Shown: positions 52,213-64,000 of the stretch, one piece after another
How the letters are laid out: every line of letters begins with the position of its first letter
Numbering within the stretch: position 1 is the stretch's first letter
NCBI GenBank assembly: GCA_002189035.1
Contig: NEEC01000017.1
Span: 930,001 to 994,000 of the forward strand
Direction of reading: 5' to 3'
Source: Utricularia gibba
Taxonomy: Eukaryota; Plantae; Magnoliophyta
DNA: 64,000 nucleotides
Notes under the pieces: generated by a model
What the model saw: only the letters and a program-made list of their open reading frames with translations
The model's database searches: none
What the model was told of the DNA's origin: nothing
Position numbers and translations under genes: made by a program

Positions 52213-53952
52213 GTGATTTACATTCAGGCAGTGTTACCTTCTTTTCACTCAATACTAGGTGTTTTTCTCAATGCGGAACAGCGGCAACGCACACCAATAA
52301 CGCAGTCATCTTCAGCAGCTATTGACAATGGTGAAACAATGGTGTTAAACACTCAATTTAATCCTTATCGTGACCGAGGTGGTCGTGGAGGATGTAATCG
52401 TGGTGGAGGTTGTAATCCTAATTCTGGTTATTCTGGAAATCCACAATTCTCACAGAATTTTGCTACTGGACGTATGGATCAATTTCAGCATGATGGGCGC
52501 TTCGGATATCGTGGCGGTGGTCGTCTTGGTTTCCACCCACCAGTTTTCTGTCAAATTTGTTGCCGTCAAGGGCACATAGCAGCAAATTTCTATGATCGTT
52601 ACAAGACTACCGAGTCCATGGCTTACCCAATGAACTATGTTGATCAATATCACCACCAAAATTCTCCTGATAATTTTTCTGCTTACTCAGCACCACAACC
52701 AATGTTCAATGGCCATCAGCAGTCCCAATTTCAACCAGCGCAGCCACATTATTCGGCCACTTTGCAGCAACAGATGCACAAGTTGGATGATGTCACACTT
52801 TCTCATCAATCTCAGCCTCCTTCAAACTCAAATTCTATAAATAATGGCTGGATTTAGGATAGTGGAGCAGTGGTTCATGTCACATCAGATGCTGGTAAAT
52901 TTTGATCCTTGTTCCCATATAATGGCAATGGTTTTATTTTTACAGGTGATCACTCTCGTCATGTCATTGTAGCATTCGTTCGTTATAGTGACTAAATCAA
53001 AGGAAACTTATTTTGATTGGGCGTACTTCTGACATACATTTTTCTTCTACATCTTGTACTCCATGTCAACTTGGAAAACATACTAAGATAAACTTTCCAC
53101 CATCTCACACCCGGTCAAGTCGTCCCCTCCAATTATATTATTCTGACGTTTGAGGTTTTTCTCCTAGTCCTTCCATGTCTCAATCCCGATATTATGTGAT
53201 TTTTGTGGATGATTTCTCTTGTTATACTTAGATTTATTTTCTAAAATCAAAATCTGAAGTTTTCCAAGTGTTTCGAAACATTAAAGCCCAGATTGAAAAT
53301 TTCTTTCAATCCCGAATCAGCATTTTGTGTGGTGATGGTGGGGGTGAATACACCTCCAAAGAGTTCAAGGCTTTTCTAGCTGAATCAGGGATCATTCAAC
53401 AATCTTCTTGCCCACATCATTCTACTCAAAATGGTGTTGTAGAGTGAAAACATCTTCACATTACTGAGGTAGCTCTTTCCTTCATGTTCAAGGCTGGAAT
53501 TCTGAATTATATATGGACTGAGATTTTTCATACGGCAGTCCACATTATTAATTTTCTACCGACTAATACACTGGAGAACTTAAGTCCACATGCTGCTCTT
53601 TTTGGCAAGTTGATTACTCCTTTTTGCGGATTCCTGGTTTTCAAGCTTATGTTCACATTTTTGGGAAATTTCGCAACAAGTTTGCTCCTAAGGCCACAAG
53701 TTGCATCTTTCTTGGTTATGAAGATTCCAAGAAAGGCTATCGGTGTTTTGATCCTTCTACTCATCGCTTATTGATTTCTCGAGATGTTTCCTTTGATGAA
53801 CAAAATTTTCCATTTTTAATGTCTTCTTTGAAAGTACACTCCTCGGGCCTCAATGATTCTCGAACATCATCGTCAGCCGTTGATTTGTTACCATTGTCAT
53901 GGGCTCCATCAATTGATGATATTGCATCAGCAGCAACACCTTACATGGCCCC

Positions 53953-56900
53953 TGATAACACACAAATTTTCATGTTCTAGGATATGAAAAATTATAAATT
54001 TTTAATTATGTTTAAGTGTTTTATGTAATTTGAGAAAATGTAATTTTCGGTGTGATTAGTGGGCTAAATCCTTTGATTTAGCCCACCCCATGTCTAATTC
54101 GATTTTGGAGTCTAGCAGCAACCCAAAAGTCAAGGAAGAAATCTGGATTTTGTGCAAGTCACCAGGCTGCAAGTACACTGTCATAGCGGCAGTCTGCAAG
54201 TAAAGGCCAGAAGCAACAGATTTGTCAGAGAATGTTCTTGCCTTGGGCAAAGGGAGGCGAGAGAAAGATGAGGAGGAGAGAGAATCACAAGGGGACAACA
54301 CGTTTTTCAGAACATATACGAGGGGTTTCCCCCCCCCCCCCAACTCGAACACGAAGAACACGAAAGGAGGGGAAGAAAAGGGATTTTTATGGAGAAGAAC
54401 CTCCAGCTTGAAGGAAGAAGATCAAGATCCAATTCAGCGCTATAGTTCCGGTCTAGGAACAGTAGCAGACGGAAACCAGACTTTTTACTGCGTTATTTTA
54501 GTTTGTTTATGTTTTTTAGCTTCTGCAACAACTTTTGCACAATGTTCTCAACGTTTTTTGCTGTTTTATGTTAATGCCATTACATTTTACCTTCAAAGCA
54601 TGAGTAGCTAAACCCTAGGAGTGCTTTGAGGTGAAGCATGGTGGTGTGGGTCTAGGAGTTTTAAAAAAATTGACTATTCTTTCTTAGCTCTTGTTTCTAT
54701 AAAACCATGGGTAGACCTAAGGAAGGGAACAAGTAGGTTCACAACTTAGATGCTTGATTTGGAGGTAGACAAACAAATGAAGACGGGAGCAGTAGGTGTT
54801 AGTCCGGGGTAGAATCAGTAGAACCGGGTAGACAAAGTTATATATGCTTTGCATGCGGGTAGACCTAACTGCAGGGTTGGTGATGATATAGACACCAACC
54901 GAAGCCCTTTCCTTGCTTGCGGAGTTGGTTGAGTATTCTAGGCATATTATCAGAAAGCAGGCCTCAAACAAGAGAGTAAGCCCAGGGTTTTAGAGACTGA
55001 ACTCACAAAAAATGTTGCTACTATATCTCAAATGATGAAGGAGCTATTCTTATTCCAGGGCAAGAAATTGCCGTGCAGAAACTGTCGCAGAACAGGGCAT
55101 GTTGCGGAAAAGTGCCCAAATTTATTTGAAGAAGAGCATGTCAAGGCTATGGGATATTTGAAGCCCCAGTAGAGGAAGGAATATGATCAATGTTCAAATA
55201 CTTACTACCCAAGTTTGAGGGATCATCAAATTTTTGTTGGAGCAACAACGAAAATTCTTATAAGGGGGAGAGCTCAACAATGGGGCAGCGAAATTTTCAG
55301 GAGCATAGATCATATAAGGCACCTCTATTTCAAAGACAGAACCAGCAAAACCAGCAGCAGTTTCAAGGCTCAAATGAAGGCAACGCTGGAGGGAGTGCTG
55401 GAAATTCTTTGGAAGAAATGATAAAAATGTTCATGGTGAATCAGCAAGAATTGAAGATGAAAATAGAAAATCTATCAAGAATTGTGAGACTCAATTGAGT
55501 CAATTGACATTGGAGCTTGGGGAATTGAAAAAGAATGGGGAACCAACATCTTCATGTTCAAATTCTGATGGACGATTGAATTGCAGCGCAATGACATTGA
55601 GGAACATCAAGGAGAAACCCGACAGAGACTTAGTCCGATCTGAGACTAAGACACATGACAAGCAAGAATTCAGTATTGCGGTTGAAGACAAGGAAGAAGT
55701 GGTGGTTCATCGGGAACTTCATAAAGTGAAGATGATTCAACCTCAATTTCATGAAAAGTTGAAGACAAAAGAAGATCAAGATGAAAAAGAGAAAATTTTG
55801 AAGATCTTGGGTAATGCTCAATTCAATTTGACTATTTTGGACTATATTTCTATGGTGCCAAAAAGTGTGAAATATTTGAAGAACCTTTGTATGTCCGAAC
55901 CCAAGATGAAGGAAAAAGGATAGATATTTTTAAGTGAGAGTATTTCAACACTACTCACTCAAAAGCTTCCTGAAAAATGCAAGGATCCAAGTACATTTTT
56001 CATTTCTTGCAAAATTGGAGATTTGAATATTAGAGAGCCATGGCTGATTTAGGGGCTTCTATTAATGTAATGTCATATTCAATTTATGAAGCTCTTAGAT
56101 TGGGACCCTTGAAAGCATTTGGAGTGCAAATTGAATTGACGGATCATAGTGTCATTTCTCCCAAGGGTTCGGTAGAAGATGTCCTAATTCGAATCGAGAA
56201 TCTGATTTTTATGTAATCAATATACCTATTGGAGGATCAAAGGACACTATCATAATTTTGGGAAGACAATTTTTGAGCACATCCAATGCTATTATCAATG
56301 TGAAGATGGGGGCAATTGAGATGTATCTTGATGAAGAAAAGATCACACTTCACATGAAAGATGTTATAAACTCTCCAAGTGATTTTGAAGGAATTTCTTC
56401 TATGGAGCCAACCGAAAAATTTGTTGAAGAATACTTGAAGAAAGAAATTGACAAAGAGGGAAAAGAATATGAAGAATTATTTCTTGAGAATGCAAAAATT
56501 GAGACAAAGCTGGGGTATTTGAGTGCTATTGGAGGTGAACAAGAAGAGAAAATCTTGAATCAAAAGCCATTCGATGCTTACATGCAAGAAATTTTGATGA
56601 ATGATAAGCAGGAAAATTTTATGATTATTTTTGATGGTCTCGCCTCAGATCAAGAAACAACCTTGTTCAAGAAATTCATCCAAAATTCAAAAGAAATTTT
56701 GGATAATATTGTGGGGACAAATGTTTTTGTCAATAATTCTGGAAAACTCAACAGGATTGAAGATTGCATAATTAGAGAAGCATTTCCCAGTGAACAACTG
56801 CTCTCAAGTAAGAATACAAACTGGGAACGAGGTTCAACTAATATTGTTCACTTTATTACTGCAGGAATGATGCTAGTTGGAAATGAATGCCATGAAATGA

Positions 56901-59900
56901 GCATGTCTTTGAATGCTGAAAAATCTGGTCTTTGGAATGATCCATTTTGGTGGAGGAGATGCAAGGATGGAGTCTTTAAAATGTTGAACAATTCTTATGA
57001 AACTTTTGAAAGTGAGGCTCATAATTTTACTGATGATACTACATTTGAAGATGTAACAAAAACATAGTCTCAAAAATAGTCGAGTCCAAGACTATAAACA
57101 GGGATGCTTGTGGGAGGCAACCCATGGCTAAGTTTTTAATTTCAGCATTTTAATTTCTAGTTTAATGTTGTTATTTTAGGACTTTTATCCGTATTTCGTG
57201 CTGCTGGGAAATGATTATTCGGTGTTAAGGGGAGTTATTGATGGGGACTGAATTTTCGTTTTCTTCGGCTAAGTGGAATGTAGCTCTTGGTTTCTATTCA
57301 AAACAGCAAGTAGATTCGCATGATTTCGCTGCCTCTTTATTTGATTATCCAACAGACTTTGATGCTGAAGAATTTTTATGGAATTTTAACTGATCAGCAT
57401 GTCATTGAATTTAAGGCAAAAGGGACGAAATCTGAATTGTTTGTTGATGCGTTCATGCTATATGTTCATATGTTAGTCACTACAACTCTTTCCAGAAAAA
57501 TGTTGGATTTAATGCTCTTTACAAACGTGAATTATTTGTGTTGTGGTGCATTATGAATAAGCGGTCTGTGAGCTTAGGGGCAATGCTTGCTGAACAAATG
57601 AATAGGAATTATTGGCATACTAAAATTCAGCAACTAAGCTTTGGTCATATTGTTACACATCTGGTGCATACTCTTTGTCCTGAAAAACTGTCTGAACTTG
57701 AATTTTTCCATGTTGAGACTGAGACAGTACCATTGGATGCATATTCTTTGAAAGTTGCTAGACTAATCAAAGCCCAAGGAAGTGGGTTTGTTTTTAGATC
57801 TTTGGCAGGGCTAGAAGGAAGTGTTATCTCAAGGAAGAAGAAGGGAGACATTGTTGCTCCATCAACCTCAACTCAGCTCAGGGAGAGAAACGCTGCTGCT
57901 GCCCAGAAATGTTGGAGGTGATGAGCGACAAAATCTCAGATTTGATTCGGGTGATCATAGAGTTAAAAGAAGGAGTGACCGACGCCTCCCTAAACAATTA
58001 ATCTGCTGCTAGAACGATTTAGTATAGTAGGTTTTTATTTTTGTTTTGTTTTATTTTCATGTTTAGGATTCTGTTTACGTCAAAGAATGGTATCTGTTAG
58101 TCTAAGTCTAGACTTAGAGTTGTGATTATCATAGGTCTTGTTCAGTAGCAGTAAATTGTTTCCGATGGCTAAGTGGTTGAACATTATAGCCGTTAGATGA
58201 ATTTTGTTGCATGAGTTTTGTAGACCTTTTTGATACCCGTGAGCATGTTTTTATCTTTTTATTTCATGAAAGCATGTGCATGACCCGAGGAATCTAAGGA
58301 GTGTGCTCTAGATTATTTTTATGTGAATTGTTGAACTTCATAGTGATTGTGGAATAGGTTGCCAACCACGAAAAAAAGAGAGGTGAATATAGTGTCGAAA
58401 AAGAAAAAAAAATTGAGACCCAAGTCCTAAAAAGCCACACATATTAAAAGAACCTATGCAGACTCAATAAGTAGTGAAAGGGTGAGCAGGAAAGACTAAT
58501 CCGGAGAAGTACAGAGGAGCCTGGTGTTATAAGGTGTGAGTGCTTGGCCAACACTCAGAAAAAGAAAAGACAATCATATTATGCCCGGATTAGTCTGGAA
58601 CAAGCTGCCCCTTCACTACTCAAAAAAAAGGGGAAAAAAGAAGAGAGAAAAAAATGGATTGGCAATCGTGACCTTAAGTGAATTTGGAGGGACCAATTCT
58701 ATAAGGTATGATCTTCAAAAACACTCCTCAAGAGAAATCTACTCATGCACATTTGAGTGATGAAATGACTTGTACACTTGCACTTCTGTAGCTCATGCAC
58801 CGAAATTTATTCTCAATTTTTATGTTCATCGGTGATGCTAAAGAAACCAGTTTTCGGTTAGTCTTAGGTAGGACTTGAGGACAAGTCTAGTGTCGTTGTA
58901 GCATAGTGTGATAACACACAAATTTTCATATTTTAGAATATGAAAAATCATAAATTTTTAATTATGTTTAAATGTTTATTTTATAGTTTTAAGTGTTTTT
59001 ATGTAATTTGAAAAAATGTAATTTTCGGTGTGATTAGTGGGCTAAATCCTTTGATTTAGCCCACCCCATGTCTAACTCGATTTTGGAGTCTAGCAGCAAC
59101 CTGAAAGTCAATAAAAAAATCTGGATTTTGCGCAAGTCACCAAGCTGTAGGGAGCAATGAGTACAATGTCGCAGCGGCAGTCTGCAAGTAAAGGCCAGAA
59201 GCAACAGATTTGTCAGAGAATGTACTTACCTTGGGCAAAGGGAGGCGAGAGAAAGATGAGGAGGAGAGAGAATCACAAGGGGACAACACGTTTTTCAGAA
59301 CACACACGAGGGGGTTTCCCCCCCAACTCGAACACGAAGAACATGAAAGGAGGAGGAAGAAAAGGGATTTTTCTGGAGAAGAGCCTCCAACTTGAAGGAA
59401 GAAGATTAAGACCCAGTTTAGTGCTACTGTTCCGGTCTAAGAATTTTTGCACAATGTTCTCAACGTTTTTGCTGTTTTATGTTAATGCCATTACATTTTA
59501 CCTTTAAAGCATGAGTAGCTAAACCATAGGAGTGCTTTAAGGTAAATCATGGTGGTATGGGTCTAGAACTCTTAATAAAATTGACTATTTTTTCTTAGCT
59601 CTTGTTTCTATCAGGAGGGGAACAAGTAGCTTCACAACTTAGATGCTTAATTTAGAGGTAAACCAAAAAATCAAGACGGAAGCAATAGGTGTTAGTCCGG
59701 AGTTAGGGAATTTTGGCACCACACCACCTGTAGATCCTTAAGGCACGTTAGTATTATTCTGAGTTAGAACCAGTACCTTTTACCTTAGTGTTAAGACCTG
59801 ATATTGTTTATTGATCTTGTTTACTGAACTTGTTTATCACTATTAGTCCGAGCTTAGACTAAGACTCACTATTAGCCCGAATTATGCATTTACTAAAACA

Positions 59901-60049
59901 CTTAGCAAGCACAAGCTCTTCGTGATCGACCCCAACATCCACTATACAAGTTTTCTAAATTTGTATTTTGAGTAGATTATGGATTATAAATGTATTTGAT
60001 ACGGAGATTTACTTTATTTGCAACGATATGCTAAAATTTTCGTTTATCA
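53953..60049 (+). mobile_element. Non-autonomous Athila-like element (gag-PR, RH/IN linker, env-like remnant; no RT)
   Basis: LTRs 53953-about 54889 (truncated) and 58909-60049; TSD GCCCC/ACCCC; CRNCRRTGHVAEKCP knuckle; ADLGASINVM protease; WNDPFWWRRCKDG; env-like remnant 57.3-57.95 kb. Confidence 0.92.
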
Positions 60050-61946
60050 ACCCCAATGGAGCAAGCTATCAATCCTGATGACCTTGAGCCTTACCTACTT
60101 GATGATGAGCTCGATGCCACTATTAATGTCCATCCTGCAGTTGAGGCGGTGACGGTGTGTCGTTCTACTCAAGTACATCGGCCTCCAAGTCATCTAATCG
60201 ACTATATTCTCACTACTGAGGCAGCTTTATCAACAAGGAACCAGCAACTTTTCATGAAGCTATTACTAAGCCACGATGAATTTCAGCCATGATAGAAGAA
60301 CTCGAGGCCATGCATCTTAACCAAGCTTGGGAAATTGTTCCTCGACCATCTAATCGTAATGTTGTTGGGAGCAAAGGGTTTTTAAGGATTTAGTACAAAT
60401 CTAATGGTTCTATAGATCGCTACAAGGCACAACTAGTAGCTCGAGGCTTTAATTAACAACATGGCGTTGATTATGATAAACTTTCAGTCCTGTTGTGAAG
60501 ATTATCACTGTTAGGTTGATCTTGCAGCTTGCTCTTAACCATGATTGGCCTCTTTTCCAACTTTATGTCAAGAATGCTTTTTTGAATGGAGAACTCACTG
60601 AAGAGGTTTACATGGAATAACCTTTAGGATTTGAGGAAGGCAATCCATTAAACTATGTTTGTCGAATGAAGCATTCAATCTATGGATTAAAGCAGACATC
60701 GAGAACTTGGTTCTATAGATTTCATCATGTTCTAATTGATCTTGGATTTCTTAAGGTAGATGCTGATCATTCCTTATTCGTTTATCGACACAAAGGAGAC
60801 ATGGTGATCTTCTTGCTTTATGTCAATGATATCGTATTGACTGGGAGTTCTCTTCTGGCCATTAATCAAATTAAAAGATTGTTGCATACCAGATTTTGAA
60901 TGACAGATATGGGGACACTCCAATATTTTTTGGGTATGGAGATTGATTGGACTACTGAAACTATCACTATTCGATAAACAAAGTACGCATCCAATTTACT
61001 GAAGAGAGCTGGTTTACATGAATGTAGTCCTATTGCCACACCAGCAATAATCTCGTATGATGATCCTTCAAGTGAGCTTATGGCGAATGTAACCGTCTTT
61101 CGAGCATTAGCAAGGGGTCTTCAGTATCTTACTTTGACTCATCTTGACATCACCTTTCGTGCCAATCAGATCTGTCAGTTTATGGATGCTCCAACCTAGC
61201 ACCATTTCACGATGCTAAAGAGAATATTGAGGTACATCTGAGGCACTCTTTATGATGGGTTGACATTACACAAAGATAACCCTAGATGTTTATCTCTTTC
61301 CTCTATCTGAGCATATTGTGATTCTAATTGAGCTACGGATCCGGTTACTCGGCATTCGATTAGTGCATATTGTATTTATTATGATAGTAACTTGATGGGT
61401 TGGAAAAGTCGAAAACAGCGCACTATTGCAAGATCAAGTACAAAAGCAGAGTATAGGGCTTTAGCAGCATCTGTAGCTGAAGTTGTTTGGTTACGAAGAC
61501 TCATACACTTTCTCTATGGTAGCATTGGTCAGTCTCAGATTTTCTGTGATAATAAAAGTGTTATTGCTATTTCTCTGAATCCTATTTTTCATGATAAGAC
61601 AAAACACATTGAGATCGATCACCACTTTGTTCGAGAGAGACTTCAAGATAGAGATGTGAAATTAAGTTATGTTAAGTTTGATGATCAGTTAGCGGACATT
61701 TTTACCAAGCCTCTTCGACGTCCACACTTTGAATACCTAAAAGGCAAATTTCGCAAATTTCATCTGCATCGTTTGAAGGGGAGTGTTGAAAATAGTTAAG
61801 GTATATTTGTAATTGTACAAGTGTTTGTTGTATATATATATACAAGTTGTAAATGAAAACCTAGTAGTTTGGTTTTTCTTCTCTCTTCTCAGCTGCAACA
61901 TTCAAGTTTTATTGTTTCATTACTTTTCTGGATCTTCACTCCAACT

Positions 61947-62760
61947 TACAATATTGATATATTGAAAACCCAAGTTATACAGATAGACTTCATCTCTTAG
62001 TTTAATTTAGAACTGATATTTATAGGTTCAATTTATAATCAATAGTTACTATATGCACAAACTTACTAGTTATTGCCATCATGATACATGATTATTAGCC
62101 TGAATTTTCTCCTTATAAATAGCTTGCTGAGTCATCTAATTCAAGCCTGCGATAGGTTACGTTATTTGATCCTGTTCTTTTAAGGTCGTTATCTTCTCCT
62201 CTAATTCATCCATATTTTATCTCATTTCTTTATAAATGTTTTATTTATCTTCCCTCTTTTTCACTACTTCTTTTTTGTCATTTTTTGATTTTTTTTATTC
62301 TTCTTCTTTGGCTACAACTTGATCTTTGGCATCACGTGATGTTGTCTCATCAATTGCATATTCTTTTTCAATGCTCTTCTCTCTTGATTAGGTCTGCAAA
62401 TGCTTCTATTTTAGTGCAAATTGTCAAAAACGTCGACGTATATGTGCCTATACAACCACATGCTTTACATTTTATTACAAAACGTTCGTACACTAATAGC
62501 ACAAAAGGTTTTTTTCCAAGTATGCTATCTAAAGTAGTGTTCACCCTTCAAAATTTCTCTGTTATAGTTTCCAATACATTATTCCTAGATAGTAGCATAG
62601 TGGTTGTGACTCCAAGTTTTCCTTTCGATCTATTTTTAATATGCTATTTTGAATTGATTTTGTTTCAGCAACACTCTTGGGTTGGCATTTCATAGGCATA
62701 ATGTGGTATCTTTCTACAAATTCTCAAAAAGGATGTAGAGAACAAAGTGAAGTTGGAAAG
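61947..62760 (-). mobile_element. Old Copia integrase remnant, right half of the target
   Basis: Minus VNTTLDSILGKKPFVLLVYER..KACGCI resembles INRLPSSILxxKTPFELLYGxxP..LKVFGC. Confidence 0.55.
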
Positions 62761-64000
62761 AAGTTATATTCAATTTCTATCAAGATCTAGATCATTTGCA
62801 TGAAATTAATGCTTCAAATAACAAATACCTCCCCGATAGGTAAATGATATAAAATGTTTGTTCGACAATTTCAAGAGAAATAAAAGAACTAAAAAATTGT
62901 TATTTTTTCATAAAAATTATGTTGTCCCAACCTTTCTTTCTCATTTTTCATTTTAATTTAATGCATGTAAATCCATAGGATACTAATCTTATACTCAACT
63001 TTTTCTAAATTGTATCTCTGCTGCATTTTCCAATTTGATGATTTCTATAATCTCAATGAGCCTATTTTTAATGTTCTCATAGAACTTTTTTAAGCTATAT
63101 TTGTTAAGTTTTACTTTATAATATTTTAGCACATATTTTTAGGATTAAATTACCAATTAAGAGTTATATTAAAAACTATTAGATTATTATTAAATAAATA
63201 TTCATTATGTTCTTATATATATATATATAATATATATCTTTGCACTGTATTTTCATGTATTATAATCAAAAAATTGTAGAAATTAAAAGTGGAGTGTGGC
63301 GGAAGGTTTCTAAGCGAGAAGGAACATTCATTTCATAACTTTTACGTAAGTTGAAATCATGGTGGATGGAAAACTTACATATAAAGAACAATTAAGGTTT
63401 CTATGCCACATCAGATTCTCAAATGATGATTATAAAGATTGATTGCACAAATGGGAAAAGTGAAAGCATAATGAAAACACACATAATGAAGAAATAGAAG
63501 TAGGGAAATTAAATGTAATTGTATATATAAATTAAAGAGTATTTCGACTTCAGACGTAGGGATCTTTGAGGACATGAATATTGTTGTTACTTGTGTTCTT
63601 CTTCTTGGAGGAAAAAGACTTTATTCTTTTATTTTTATTTCTGTTTATGATGGTTATTTGTGGCTAGAAGTTTTTTATTTTTTAAATTGATCAAGTTTTC
63701 TTTAATGTGTTAAGAATAAATTCTCAGTTACTAATTGGATCTCATTTGGATTTTAAATATTTCCATCTATAAAGTTATAAGATTTATGAAATGCCTCTTA
63801 ATTATAGTACATGAGCAGATGGCCATCATTCATGAATTTTGATGCAAAACAAGGTAAAGAGTACCATTTCCTGCACTATTCATTCAAGGGAAATACCGAA
63901 GTATTTGTGATTGAGATACTTTGTTATGGACAAATAGTGACTTTGTACCCAAAGTATTGAATATTGGCAATAATCGAGCACACTCGCAGAATTTTGTTTT

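Larger units (their letters stand above)
51124..61946 (+). mobile_element. Copia LTR retrotransposon, decayed, hosting a MULE and an Athila element
   Basis: Matching LTR starts TGTTGAAAATAGTTAA at 51124 and 61784; PPT TTTGAAGGGGAG; gag, CQICCRQGH knuckle, integrase, RT and RNase H (KTKHIEIDHHFVRE..DQLADIFTKPL). The 5' LTR is fused to mid-gag at about 51217. Putative TSD GACAA/TACAA. Confidence 0.92.

Noticed and set aside
62350-62750. CKACGCIG as a LINE ORF1 zinc knuckle; also the 136-aa plus-strand ORF
   Set aside because: Context (DSILGKKPF..GC) fits the Copia integrase C-terminus; the plus ORF is its antisense.
63290-63853. Possible exons near the window end (YMSRWPSFMNFDAKQ followed by GTAAAG)
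   Set aside because: Plausible donor site, but no consistent gene model or recognisable domain.

Overview
AT-rich angiosperm nuclear DNA, mostly nested transposon debris, with five host-gene loci. These are the 5' end of a GOLDEN2-LIKE gene (running off the window start), an intronless DMP/DUF679 gene, and a 4.4-kb three-gene island at 25-29.4 kb: a short membrane-anchored glucosidase II beta-like gene, a divergent bZIP34/61-type gene and an unknown coiled-coil ORF. The rest is Copia, Athila-like and other Gypsy LTR elements (many solo LTRs with readable TSDs), four PIF/Harbinger remnants, hAT, MULE and Tourist non-autonomous elements, and a CACTA end carrying an intron-containing FCP1/NIF-domain gene fragment. 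Several insertions can be removed by eye to restore the host reading frame. All family assignments come from motif recognition and manual translation; no database search was run, and coordinates of degenerate remnants are approximate.
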